Translations under genes and position numbers: made by a program
In this document: positions 38,270-46,460 of the stretch, one piece after another
How the letters are laid out: the number at the start of each line of letters is the position of its first letter
Numbering within the stretch: the stretch's first letter is position 1
Notes under the pieces: model-generated
The model's database searches: none
What the model was told of the DNA's origin: nothing
The model's input: the letters and a program-made list of their open reading frames with translations, nothing else
From: Nitrospirota bacterium
GTDB lineage: Bacteria > Nitrospirota > Thermodesulfovibrionia > Thermodesulfovibrionales > JdFR-85
Assembly: GCA_015492645.1 (NCBI GenBank)
Contig: WGER01000001.1
Span: 15,926-79,925 of the forward strand
Direction of reading: 5' to 3'
DNA: 64,000 nt

Positions 38270-39477
38270 TCACCTCTCCTTATCGCATTATAGGGTTCCA
38301 TGATCATGGATCTTATTGCTGGATATAGAGCAGCTCCCACCCCTGTAATAAGAGACAGTGTTATACAGAGTACTATAAGTACCAGATACTCCCCTACGGA
38401 AGGCCATAGATAGGGGATGTTTAGTGCCTCTCTGATATGGCCCCTGAAGATATACAGAAAGGCACCTCCACCGATGATACCAAGGATACCGCCTATTAAA
38501 GACAGCATCGTCGCTTCTGTCATGATCAATTGAAAGATGTTTCGTCTCTTTGCCCCCATTGCCCTGAGGAGTCCAATCTCTCTCTGGCGTTCATTTACTA
38601 TCATGGAAAAGACGACACCTATCAACAGGAGGGCCATTATCCAGAGTATAAGGCTTACAGAGAGGATACTCCTGAGGAGGATGAAGAGTTGTCTCCTCAC
38701 AGAGGCTATCACCTGTTCAGCCTCTATAGCCTTTACTCCATCAACATCATGTTCAATAAATATGGCCACCCTCCTGGCACTTATTTCAGGGTCTACCTGG
38801 ACAAGGACGGTTGATATCTTGTTCACTGGGAGGTTTGCAGGGACAACACCCTTTTTTTTCTTTGATTCTTCTGCCAGTTTCTTCAGAGCATCATAGGGCA
38901 TGAACACAGAGTTATCTATAAAGTCCATCCCTGTCTCCTCAAGTATACCAACCACCTCAAATTCCTTACCGTAGAACCTTATCTTTGAGCCAACTGTATA
39001 GGCGGTGATCCCTCTACCGATAATCACCTCTTCGGTGCCGAGCGGTCTTGTGAGTTCCTTCGAAAGCCAGGGCATGATAGTAAAATCTGTCTCTGGGTCG
39101 AACCCTATAAGGAGCATGTTGGCCAGGTCACAGCACTGGTATGAGGCACTCTGAAGAAAGACCTGAGATGATGCCCTCTTTACACCCCGCACCCTTCTTA
39201 CCTTCTCCTCGACCTCTCTGTCCATATAAAAGATAGAGGGTTCTCCTGCAAGGAGGGCCGTTTTTGCCTTCGCCTCTGCCTCTGCAGGCACCACCATGAT
39301 GTCGGCACCGAGTCTGGCTGTCCCCCTTTTCAGGCTCCTCTCCACAGACTCTATCACAGTGGTTACAGCAAACAGTGTCCCCGCAACCACCATCACAGAG
39401 GCCACAATAGCGGTGCTTCTGAAGAGTTTCCTTCTGAGGTTTTTTCTTGCTATATGGAAAAGGCTTATACGTGCCAC
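38266..39477 (-). CDS. MacB/FtsX-family ABC transporter permease
   Basis: 403 aa. RLGADIMVVP...DPETDF periplasmic domain and a C-terminal FtsX bundle. Paralogue of 31301-32998. Confidence 0.85.
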   Translation of the reverse strand: MARISLFHIARKNLRRKLFRSTAIVASVMVVAGTLFAVTTVIESVERSLKRGTARLGADIMVVPAEAEAKAKTALLAGEPSIFYMDREVEEKVRRVRGVKRASSQVFLQSASYQCCDLANMLLIGFDPETDFTIMPWLSKELTRPLGTEEVIIGRGITAYTVGSKIRFYGKEFEVVGILEETGMDFIDNSVFMPYDALKKLAEESKKKKGVVPANLPVNKISTVLVQVDPEISARRVAIFIEHDVDGVKAIEAEQVIASVRRQLFILLRSILSVSLILWIMALLLIGVVFSMIVNERQREIGLLRAMGAKRRNIFQLIMTEATMLSLIGGILGIIGGGAFLYIFRGHIREALNIPYLWPSVGEYLVLIVLCITLSLITGVGAALYPAIRSMIMEPYNAIRRGE

Positions 39478-39535
39478 TTTGGTCTCCTTTTTTTATATAT
39501 TGGGTTTTAATTATTTGCTATAGACCTCTGAGAAG

Positions 39536-39805
39536 TCAAGTTAAAGGTGGTCTGTCAATCCTGTGAATGGGAGGAAAGGGTATATACAGGAATACACTGA
39601 AAGAGCCCTGAATGGGCCTGCAGTGGTAGAACCAGATGTATGAGACCGGTACAATAACAAGTATTGGATAAAAGATGTGATGTGTCTTATGTTTACACAC
39701 ATCTATGACAAGCCCATGAGACTCTGAAATGGGACCGGCAAGATAGAATGCACCGATAGAGTAGAAGACAAGTAATAGAACTATGATGAAGAGAATCTTC
39801 TTCAT
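39536..39805 (-). CDS. hypothetical small membrane protein
   Basis: 89 aa with 2-3 hydrophobic segments and His/Cys residues (CKHKTHH, YHC). Confidence 0.4.
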   Translation of the reverse strand: MKKILFIIVLLLVFYSIGAFYLAGPISESHGLVIDVCKHKTHHIFYPILVIVPVSYIWFYHCRPIQGSFSVFLYIPFPPIHRIDRPPLT

Positions 39806-39854
39806 AACTTAAGAATGCCTGGAGGAGAAATACCCTCCTCCAGGCACCATTTCC

Positions 39855-40919
39855 TTACTGTTCCAGGTCTATTGCCTTCTTCGGGAAGCCCTTTCTGTTC
39901 CAGTCAATGTCGATTCCGCAGAGGAATGGTCTTCCTCCGTCTTTTTCCTCTGGAATCACCACACCAAGGGCACCGTGGCACTTCTTACAGGCAGAGTAGA
40001 CCTTCACGACCCTCTTTGTCTTGGTGTCAATCACCACGATACCGCTGTCGTCCTGCTCAGGGACCTGTCTCACGGCAGCGAGGGCGAACCTTCCGTCAGG
40101 GGTGAAGTCTACATCATGGGGGTTACCACCTGTGATGATAAAGTCCTTCACCTTGCCAGTCTTGGCATCAACGACGACAACACCACCAGGGGCACCACCT
40201 GCCTCGGCATAGCCCACGCCATAGGGCTTGCCACCTTTCAGTTCATTACCCTCGGACTGCCATATTTCTGTCCCCTGGGGATTGAGTCTTGCACGGTGAA
40301 TGAAGTTACCGACACCCTCAATCTTACCAATAACCTTTTTGGTTTTTACATCCACAATGCTTATAAACCCACCGGGCATGTCACTGATATAGGCCTTTTT
40401 GCCATCCTTTGAGAAGGTGATGCCACATATGGACTTGCTGACAGGGAAACTGTCCAGGAGTTTGTGGGTCTTCGGGTCATAGACATAGACATGGCCATCA
40501 GCCATATCAGAGACCCATACAGTACCATCAGGGGCGATATTGGACCCACAGTGTTTTTTACCCAACTTGATCCAGTCGGTCTGTTTGCCCGTCTCCAGGT
40601 CGATCTCCTTTGCATAGCCATCCAGGCTGAATACATAAAGGGTCTTACCGTCCTTTGAGAGTGTGAGGGCGTCTGAATCCTTGCCGTGGGGTATCCTTGC
40701 AACCTTTCCTGTTACAAGGTCAACAAGGGCAACGTGACCGCCGTGAGTCTGGATGTAGGCAACGCCTTTTGTGAACTTAACACCTGCCCTTTCAACACCG
40801 GCTGCCGGACTCTGAGGCACTTCATAGCACTCACCCTTGCCGATTGCAGCATAAACGGAGGGAATAACAAGAACCATAATTAACATTGATAGACCAAGTA
40901 CCATCAATACCTTCTTCAT
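39855..40919 (-). CDS. secreted YVTN-type beta-propeller protein with C-terminal CxxCH motif
   Basis: Signal peptide. Repeated PDG/KDG..YV.D blades. SACKKCHG near the C-terminus. GGGAGGAAG RBS. Confidence 0.75.
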   Translation of the reverse strand: MKKVLMVLGLSMLIMVLVIPSVYAAIGKGECYEVPQSPAAGVERAGVKFTKGVAYIQTHGGHVALVDLVTGKVARIPHGKDSDALTLSKDGKTLYVFSLDGYAKEIDLETGKQTDWIKLGKKHCGSNIAPDGTVWVSDMADGHVYVYDPKTHKLLDSFPVSKSICGITFSKDGKKAYISDMPGGFISIVDVKTKKVIGKIEGVGNFIHRARLNPQGTEIWQSEGNELKGGKPYGVGYAEAGGAPGGVVVVDAKTGKVKDFIITGGNPHDVDFTPDGRFALAAVRQVPEQDDSGIVVIDTKTKRVVKVYSACKKCHGALGVVIPEEKDGGRPFLCGIDIDWNRKGFPKKAIDLEQ

Positions 40920-41106
40920 ACTTCCTCCCCTTTCTTTTGGAGTTTTTTGTTTCTCCTAATTAGTATCCCTCAGAACACCTACATTACCTTCTCTGGCTAC
41001 CACCCCCTTTCCTGAGTCTTTCCTGCAATTATAGTGTAAAAATTTTTTTTGCGGCTGTCAACTTCAATTTCAAATTTTAGAGCATCTGTTAATGTCAATT
41101 TGGAGT

Positions 41107-41126
41107 CCGGGGGGTATACCCCCCGG
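41107..41126 (-). terminator. perfect 8-bp GC hairpin just downstream of the extended YeeE stop
   Basis: CCGGGGGG-TATA-CCCCCCGG, 6 nt after the TAA at 41133-41135 (minus strand). Confidence 0.55.
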
Positions 41127-41132
41127 ATCCCC

Positions 41133-42185
41133 TTAGATATCCAAGTCCTTCATCGGCTTTATAAACAGGAAATAGACCATCGTCCAGTTACCGAGGACAA
41201 TAAAAATTGTGGCCACTATGCTTGAGATAGCCAAGGTTGACACGCCTGTCAACCCGTGTCCAACGTTTCAACCTCCGCCCACAGTGGCTCCGAATCCCAT
41301 TATGAGACCACCCACAAAGACCCTCAGTAGTTCCTCTGCACCAGGGGCCTTCAGTTTGAACTCCTTCAGTCCTATTGCACTTAGGGCCGCCCCGAGCGGG
41401 GTGCCGAGCACGAGCATGGCGCTCCAGGTAGGCTCCTTTCCCTTAAGAATAAAATTAAAGAGTTCTCTCGTTGGCCCGGTGTAGGAGACACCCCTTGCGC
41501 CACCACCCCATTTCTCTGAGGCGAACCAAGCGAGTACTATCACAACACCGATCAGTAAGCCGGCCACAGGCCACGGGTAACCCTTCTGTGGTTTCTGGTA
41601 TTTGCCCTTCAGCAGGATCGGGATCACTATCACAACAATGGCTGCAATAACTATCCATTTATTCACACCTATGATATTGTAAAGGGTAGGAACCTGTGTT
41701 TCGAGAGTGGTTTCTTCGAGCTGGGCATCGGTCATCAACTTCAGTCCCTGCTCAGTCTGCCAGATGTGTATGCTGGTCAGAAAGTTGTAAACCGGCTTGA
41801 GTATTCCATCCCTTGTTGTGAATATCCCTATCATGAAGCCCAGGACTGCAACCCAGGCAGCAAACAACCCCTCACCCACACGGTACCAGATACCGCTTCC
41901 ACAGCCACCTGCCAGCACTATCCCGAGACCGAAGATATAGCCCCCGATTATATTTGCCAGGGGAAAGAATGCCTGTCTCCTGAGTTCTTCGATCACTCCA
42001 ACATCTTCCAGGAGGTTCGCACCAATAATGGATACCACCAATGCAACCAGATAGGCCTTGAAGAGAGTAAAGTCATTGATGAAGATCAAGTCTCTGAAGG
42101 CAGTATTCATGCAGTAACGACCTCTCTGCAGGACCCACCCCGTGATTATACCCACCAGAAGGCCTGTGATGACAAGCGCTACCAT
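41133..42185 (-). CDS. YeeE/YedE-family sulfur (thiosulfate/selenium?) transporter, with in-frame TGA (41268-41270) read as selenocysteine
   Basis: The ORF track stops at GFGATVGGG-TGA. Read-through gives U-NVGHGLTGVSTLAISSIVATIFIVLG..., aligning residue for residue with the paralogue 60663-61892 (GFGAVVAKG-C-NIGQGMSGFSTLSAGSLVTVLFIILG). The 350-aa product matches family length. Confidence 0.8.
41234..41255 (-). promoter_or_regulatory. SECIS-like hairpin downstream of UGA 41270-41268
   Basis: The minus strand reads GGGTTGACA-GGCG-TGTCAACCT: 8 Watson-Crick pairs plus 1 GU, with a G-rich loop. It starts 12 nt after the UGA. Confidence 0.65.
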
Positions 42186-42264
42186 AAAGCCCTCCCTCTT
42201 CCCTTTCTTTTTAAGGGCTACGCCCCTCTTTTTATGAGAAAAATATTAGAGGATAACAGGGTGG

Positions 42265-43290
42265 TCAGTCAATAGGGGAATGATTAAAAATGCTTATAGA
42301 ATCTTTTATTTTATTAATCACTTCTTCTGGTCTGACCCCATTCATGCAACTGGTGTGCTCGCAGGTCCTTTTGAAACAGGGCCTGCATGGAAGGTCTGTC
42401 TTCAGGACATTCTGGATCTGTCCATAAGGGCCGGTTAGTTCTTCACTGGTGGGACCGAATATAGCAAACACAGGGGTGTCCATTGCCGCAGCAAGGTGCA
42501 TTGGACCAGAGTCATTGGTGAGCATAAACCTTGCCCCCTTGAGTACTGACGCAAGTGTTTTCAGGTCTGTCCTGCCTGTAAGGTCAATACATTCCACACC
42601 ACTCATCTCCGATATCTCCTTCGCCAGTTCGGTGTCAGAGGCGCCTCCGACAATCACTGGTGTGAGTGAGGGGAGCATGTGCTTTAAAAGGCCTATCGTC
42701 TCAGAGAAGTGTCCTGTAGGCCATATCTTTGTCTTCCACCTTGCACCGGGGGCCACCACATAGTAGGGGGTTCTAACAGGCGTTGGTGGTAGATGTGGTA
42801 ATGGAAACTCAACCCCGCCAGGGACAATCCCTATCAAAGGCAGGAGTTTCAAATATCTCTCAACAGCATGGGTCTTTCCACCTGCAGTGCTTCTGTTGTA
42901 AAACAAAGGGCTCCCTTCCCTTGCATCACTGAATCCCACCCTTAGAGGTGCACCGGAGACAAACGTGAGTATTCCACTCCTGAAGAGCCCCTGAATATCA
43001 AGGACCACATCATAGGCCTCTCTCCTGAAAGACATTTTTAGAAGGATTACATCCCTGAAAAACCTGATCACCCCCATTGGTCCCCTCCAACGGTCCTTGC
43101 TTACTACCCAGAGCCTGTTCAACATGGGATGTCCTCTCAGCAGACCATCAAACCCAGAGGCAACCAACCAGTCTATGTAGAACTCACCTGACCTGTAGAT
43201 CTGACTGAGTACCGGGAGGGTATGCACTATATCGCCGAGTGAACTCGGTTTTATAATTAATAGTCTCTTCTTGTCTCTGGACTCAGACAT
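42265..43290 (-). CDS. glycosyltransferase family 9 (heptosyltransferase-like)
   Basis: LLIIKPSSLGDIVHTLPVL N-terminus and ...NDSGPMHLAAA... motif. Confidence 0.85.
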   Translation of the reverse strand: MSESRDKKRLLIIKPSSLGDIVHTLPVLSQIYRSGEFYIDWLVASGFDGLLRGHPMLNRLWVVSKDRWRGPMGVIRFFRDVILLKMSFRREAYDVVLDIQGLFRSGILTFVSGAPLRVGFSDAREGSPLFYNRSTAGGKTHAVERYLKLLPLIGIVPGGVEFPLPHLPPTPVRTPYYVVAPGARWKTKIWPTGHFSETIGLLKHMLPSLTPVIVGGASDTELAKEISEMSGVECIDLTGRTDLKTLASVLKGARFMLTNDSGPMHLAAAMDTPVFAIFGPTSEELTGPYGQIQNVLKTDLPCRPCFKRTCEHTSCMNGVRPEEVINKIKDSISIFNHSPID

Positions 43291-44101
43291 TTAAGGGACG
43301 CGAGTCTACAATGTTTCTGTATCTGTCCAACCACCTTTCTCTCTGCATCTGCCTCCAATCCGGATCGGTCATTTTCACTACAACCCCGGAATTCAGTATC
43401 CTCTCTATAATCACCTCAAAGGCATTGGGCTGCTTGAGAAAGAGGGGATGGATCTCTGAAAGGACCTTGTGCAGAAGGGCCTCAGCAAGGCTACCACCTA
43501 TTGCCTTTGAAAGGTCCTCCTTTATCACCCTCCTGAGCAGATCTTCAAATCCCTCCACTGAAGTCATAGGCCTGGGTATGCCAGCAAGCCACTTCTTGAC
43601 AAGGGACTTGTATCTCTCTCTGTCGACCCTCTCCTGAAGAAGATTATAGACCGTTTTAAACAGTGCAAGAAACCCCTCTCTCGTGTCCTCTACAGAAGGC
43701 AGAGAACTCGCTATCCTTCTTATATCCGGTTCTGACAACTCAACCCTGAATACCCTTTTGAGGTCGGGAAGCATCACTTCTGTCAAAAAGTCCATTAAGG
43801 GGCCGGTCCCTTTTGCCCTCCTGGTCTCTTTAAATCTGAGTTCTTTTATCCTCTCATCATAGAGCCCCATTAAGAGTTCATCCTTCACCTTTTTATGGAG
43901 TTTCTCCAGTACAAGATTGAGCCTCTCTCTCTTTATCCCCCTCTTTATTATCTCGGAATAATTTACCTCCTTCCTGTAGACCACCATCCCGCCCAGAAAG
44001 ACAGTGGATACCATAGTACATTTTTCCCCTCCCATATCCTCCGTCTGGATATGGAATACCGCCCCCTGATAATTTACATTCTCATTAAACCCCTGAACCA
44101 T
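43283..44101 (-). CDS. hypothetical protein
   Basis: 272 aa with the N-terminal motif ...AVFHIQTEDMG.... Overlaps the GT9 start by 8 nt. No family recognised. Confidence 0.5.
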   Translation of the reverse strand: MVQGFNENVNYQGAVFHIQTEDMGGEKCTMVSTVFLGGMVVYRKEVNYSEIIKRGIKRERLNLVLEKLHKKVKDELLMGLYDERIKELRFKETRRAKGTGPLMDFLTEVMLPDLKRVFRVELSEPDIRRIASSLPSVEDTREGFLALFKTVYNLLQERVDRERYKSLVKKWLAGIPRPMTSVEGFEDLLRRVIKEDLSKAIGGSLAEALLHKVLSEIHPLFLKQPNAFEVIIERILNSGVVVKMTDPDWRQMQRERWLDRYRNIVDSRPLNV

Positions 44102-44245
44102 CTGAATTTATTTTAACATAGGCTACAGAGGTGAGACGTAAAATGCCCCTGAAGGCACGCCCCCTGTTAACCTGACATCTAATTAAATAACATATGCTTT
44201 CTGCAAAAGTATAAACCAATATATTATGTTATTAGAATTAACATC

Positions 44246-44274
44246 TTGATTAATAATACATTTTTTGTTATAAT
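44246..44274 (+). promoter_or_regulatory. sigma-70 promoter TTGATT-N17-TATAAT (with TGn), with -10 ending 7 nt before ATG 44282
   Basis: Read directly. This is the best-formed leaderless promoter in the window. Confidence 0.55.
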
Positions 44275-44281
44275 AAAAGCC

Positions 44282-44506
44282 ATGCTGGAGAGTAAGACCT
44301 TTCAGATGGCGCTGGAGATGGTAAGAAAGGGGCTCCAACAGGAGGGAGGTGATCTTGAGGTGGTGGAGTTTAAGGAGGGGGTTCTTTATGTGAGGCTTAA
44401 AGGCAGATGTAAGGGCTGTCTGATGGCCGGAATGACGATGAAGACCTGGGTTGAAAAGATCTTCCGGGAGGCGGTATCAGAGATCAGGGAGGTGAGGGAA
44501 TTGTGA
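44282..44506 (+). CDS. NifU C-terminal (Nfu-like) Fe-S cluster domain protein
   Basis: ...QQEGGDLEVVEF..GVLYVRLKGRCKGC... CxxC motif. Start moved from TTG 44246 to ATG 44282. Confidence 0.8.
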   Translation: MLESKTFQMALEMVRKGLQQEGGDLEVVEFKEGVLYVRLKGRCKGCLMAGMTMKTWVEKIFREAVSEIREVREL

Positions 44507-45615
44507 AGAGATTGGCCTTCTGTCTCATCTTCCTGCTCATTGCTGTTGATACCTTCTCAGCAGAACTTAAAGAGGTCAGATATAGCCATTCAGAGGAAAA
44601 GACCAGAGTGGTGTTTGAACTGGATCGCTCAGTTCAATATGTATCAGGGTTTCTCAGAGAACCTGCAAGGATATACTTTGATCTTAAGGATGTCAGGAAT
44701 GGCACCAGAAGGGATCAGGTGGAGATATCACGTGGACCGGTGAAGAGGATAAGGATTGGTAGATTCAAGAGGGATGTCCTAAGGATAGTTGTAGACCTTA
44801 AGAGCGAGGAGAGATACAGGACATTCTTTCTCAACTCCCCTCCGCGAATAGTCCTTGACATCATTCATGAGGCCGATCCATTCTTCAGGCCAAGGAGAGT
44901 GGTGGTGATTGACCCAGGACATGGCGGGGAAGACCCGGGTGCTATAGGGCCTGGAGGCTTGAAAGAAAAGGATGTTACCCTTGACATAGCGAAGAGGCTG
45001 AAGAAGATTCTGGAGAATAGATATAAACTGAAGGTGTATCTCACGCGTGATAACGACAGATTTGTGAGTCTCAAAGACAGGACCCTTTTAGCAAACCGTT
45101 ATAATGCCGATGTCTTTGTCTCTATTCATATCAATGCGAGCAGGAGAAAGACCCTGAGAGGGGTTGAGACCTATCTGCTGAACTGGACCAATGATGAAGA
45201 GGCCCTGAAGGTAGCAGCCAGAGAGAATGCCATATCAGTAGAGAAGATGAAAAAGAGCCAGACTGAACTGGGGATGATTCTTGCCTCCTTGGAAAGGGAG
45301 AGTAAGAGGGATGAGTCTCTAAGACTGGCCTATCATGTTCATAACAGCCTTGTTGGAAGACTCAGCAGATACTACAGAGAGATAGAAGACCTTGGTGTTA
45401 AACAGGCCCTCTTTTATGTCCTTGTAGGTGCAGAGATGCCCTCTGTGCTTGTTGAAGTGGGATTTATCAGCAATCCTAAAGAGGAGAGACTACTTAGGAA
45501 GGCCTCTTTCAGACAGAGGACTGCCGAGGCCCTTGGAAGGGGGATCTACAGATATATCCTCACACTACCCGGTTCACCCAAACTTGCAATGGCAGGTGAG
45601 GATGATACGGGTTAA
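44503..45615 (+). CDS. N-acetylmuramoyl-L-alanine amidase (AMIN + Amidase_3 domains)
   Basis: IDPGHGGEDPGA, ...SIHINA... and ...VEVGFISN... motifs with an N-terminal AMIN-like domain. Confidence 0.9.
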   Translation: MKRLAFCLIFLLIAVDTFSAELKEVRYSHSEEKTRVVFELDRSVQYVSGFLREPARIYFDLKDVRNGTRRDQVEISRGPVKRIRIGRFKRDVLRIVVDLKSEERYRTFFLNSPPRIVLDIIHEADPFFRPRRVVVIDPGHGGEDPGAIGPGGLKEKDVTLDIAKRLKKILENRYKLKVYLTRDNDRFVSLKDRTLLANRYNADVFVSIHINASRRKTLRGVETYLLNWTNDEEALKVAARENAISVEKMKKSQTELGMILASLERESKRDESLRLAYHVHNSLVGRLSRYYREIEDLGVKQALFYVLVGAEMPSVLVEVGFISNPKEERLLRKASFRQRTAEALGRGIYRYILTLPGSPKLAMAGEDDTG

Positions 45616-45694
45616 AAGGGTCCAATAGTTTTGACCGAAATTAATTAATACAGTTCTGAACCTTGTTCACCTTCCGGGTAAAGGTGGTTACTTT

Positions 45695-45788
45695 GGCAAA
45701 GGCACTGTCGGTGTCGCTGAAATTCAGATTTTTCGGCAACCCTCGCCCTTTATTTGATTTTGACCAGAGTCAAACGGCAATTTACAGA
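45695..45788 (+). repeat. copy of dispersed intergenic repeat (longest copy)
   Basis: GGCAAAGGCAC...TTTTTCGGCAACCCTCGCCC...TTTGATTTTGACCAGAGTCAAACGGCAATTTAC. Confidence 0.45.
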
Positions 45789-45872
45789 GTGGATGTCTCT
45801 GTTGCATTGGTCACCTCAAATCTGACAGAATACCAGATGAGATCTGAAAGTTGATATCTGGAGGGTTAAGGA

Positions 45873-46460
45873 ATGGTTGGGATATATCTGAGGATCTTTT
45901 CTTTTCTCCTTCTCCTTTTAATTGTATTTCTGAATCAGGACCCCTTTTTTGCCCTCCTGGGTATAGCGGTATCTTCGATGATTATGCTATTCTGGCCTGA
46001 CAGCAGGATGCGGAAGGGGCTTTTCTTTATAGTTCTACTTACAGGAGGCACCTTTGTGGGCAATCTCTTCTCGTTGCCAGGAAGGGTTCTGGTCCATAAT
46101 GGGCTCTTTACAATAACTGAGGAGTCATTGAAGGCGGCCCTTGTGAGGGCATCAAGAGTTGCAGTTCTGATGGTAGGGGCAAAGGTTCTCTTTCTGGGCC
46201 CATTAAAGGGAGGACCTCTTGCTGGAATGGAGAGGTTTCTTTTTGCCCTGAGGAGGCTCCTTGGTCCACTTGAGAGACTCCGGATACCTGTTAATGATTT
46301 CTTTGAAATAACAGGACAGACCCTCAGGATGGTCCCCCTGTTGACTGAGTCAATAAAGAAGGAGACAGAGGGAGTGAAGAGGCCCTGGAGACTCACTAAA
46401 TACATCTATAGGTTATTCATAACCGAGTTAAAGGCGGATCGAAAGGTGAGACAGAGGTGA
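45873..46460 (+). CDS. small membrane protein, CbiQ/EcfT-like (tentative)
   Basis: 4-5 TM and an Arg-rich cytoplasmic helix. Weak resemblance to ECF T components. GGAGGG RBS. Confidence 0.35.
   Translation: MVGIYLRIFSFLLLLLIVFLNQDPFFALLGIAVSSMIMLFWPDSRMRKGLFFIVLLTGGTFVGNLFSLPGRVLVHNGLFTITEESLKAALVRASRVAVLMVGAKVLFLGPLKGGPLAGMERFLFALRRLLGPLERLRIPVNDFFEITGQTLRMVPLLTESIKKETEGVKRPWRLTKYIYRLFITELKADRKVRQR

Noticed and set aside
41027-41075. TTGACA ... TATAAT (minus strand) as the promoter of the beta-propeller/ABC operon
   Set aside because: Both hexamers are consensus but the spacer is 21 nt, which is outside the functional range. It is left unannotated pending TSS data.
41209-41484. 91-aa plus-strand ORF
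   Set aside because: It is antisense to the YeeE gene and its Sec-extended tail. It has a low-complexity Pro/Ser/Ala composition and no RBS.
44150-44166. AGGCACG-N4-CTGTT as a sigma-54 promoter for the nfu-like gene
   Set aside because: It is only a partial match. A well-formed sigma-70 promoter (TTGATT-17-TATAAT) already sits at the right distance from the ATG.
45663-45854. 63-aa plus-strand ORF in the amidase/CbiQ-like intergenic region
   Set aside because: It has a TTG start and no RBS. It overlaps the dispersed intergenic repeat and the peptide has no motifs, so it is probably non-coding.
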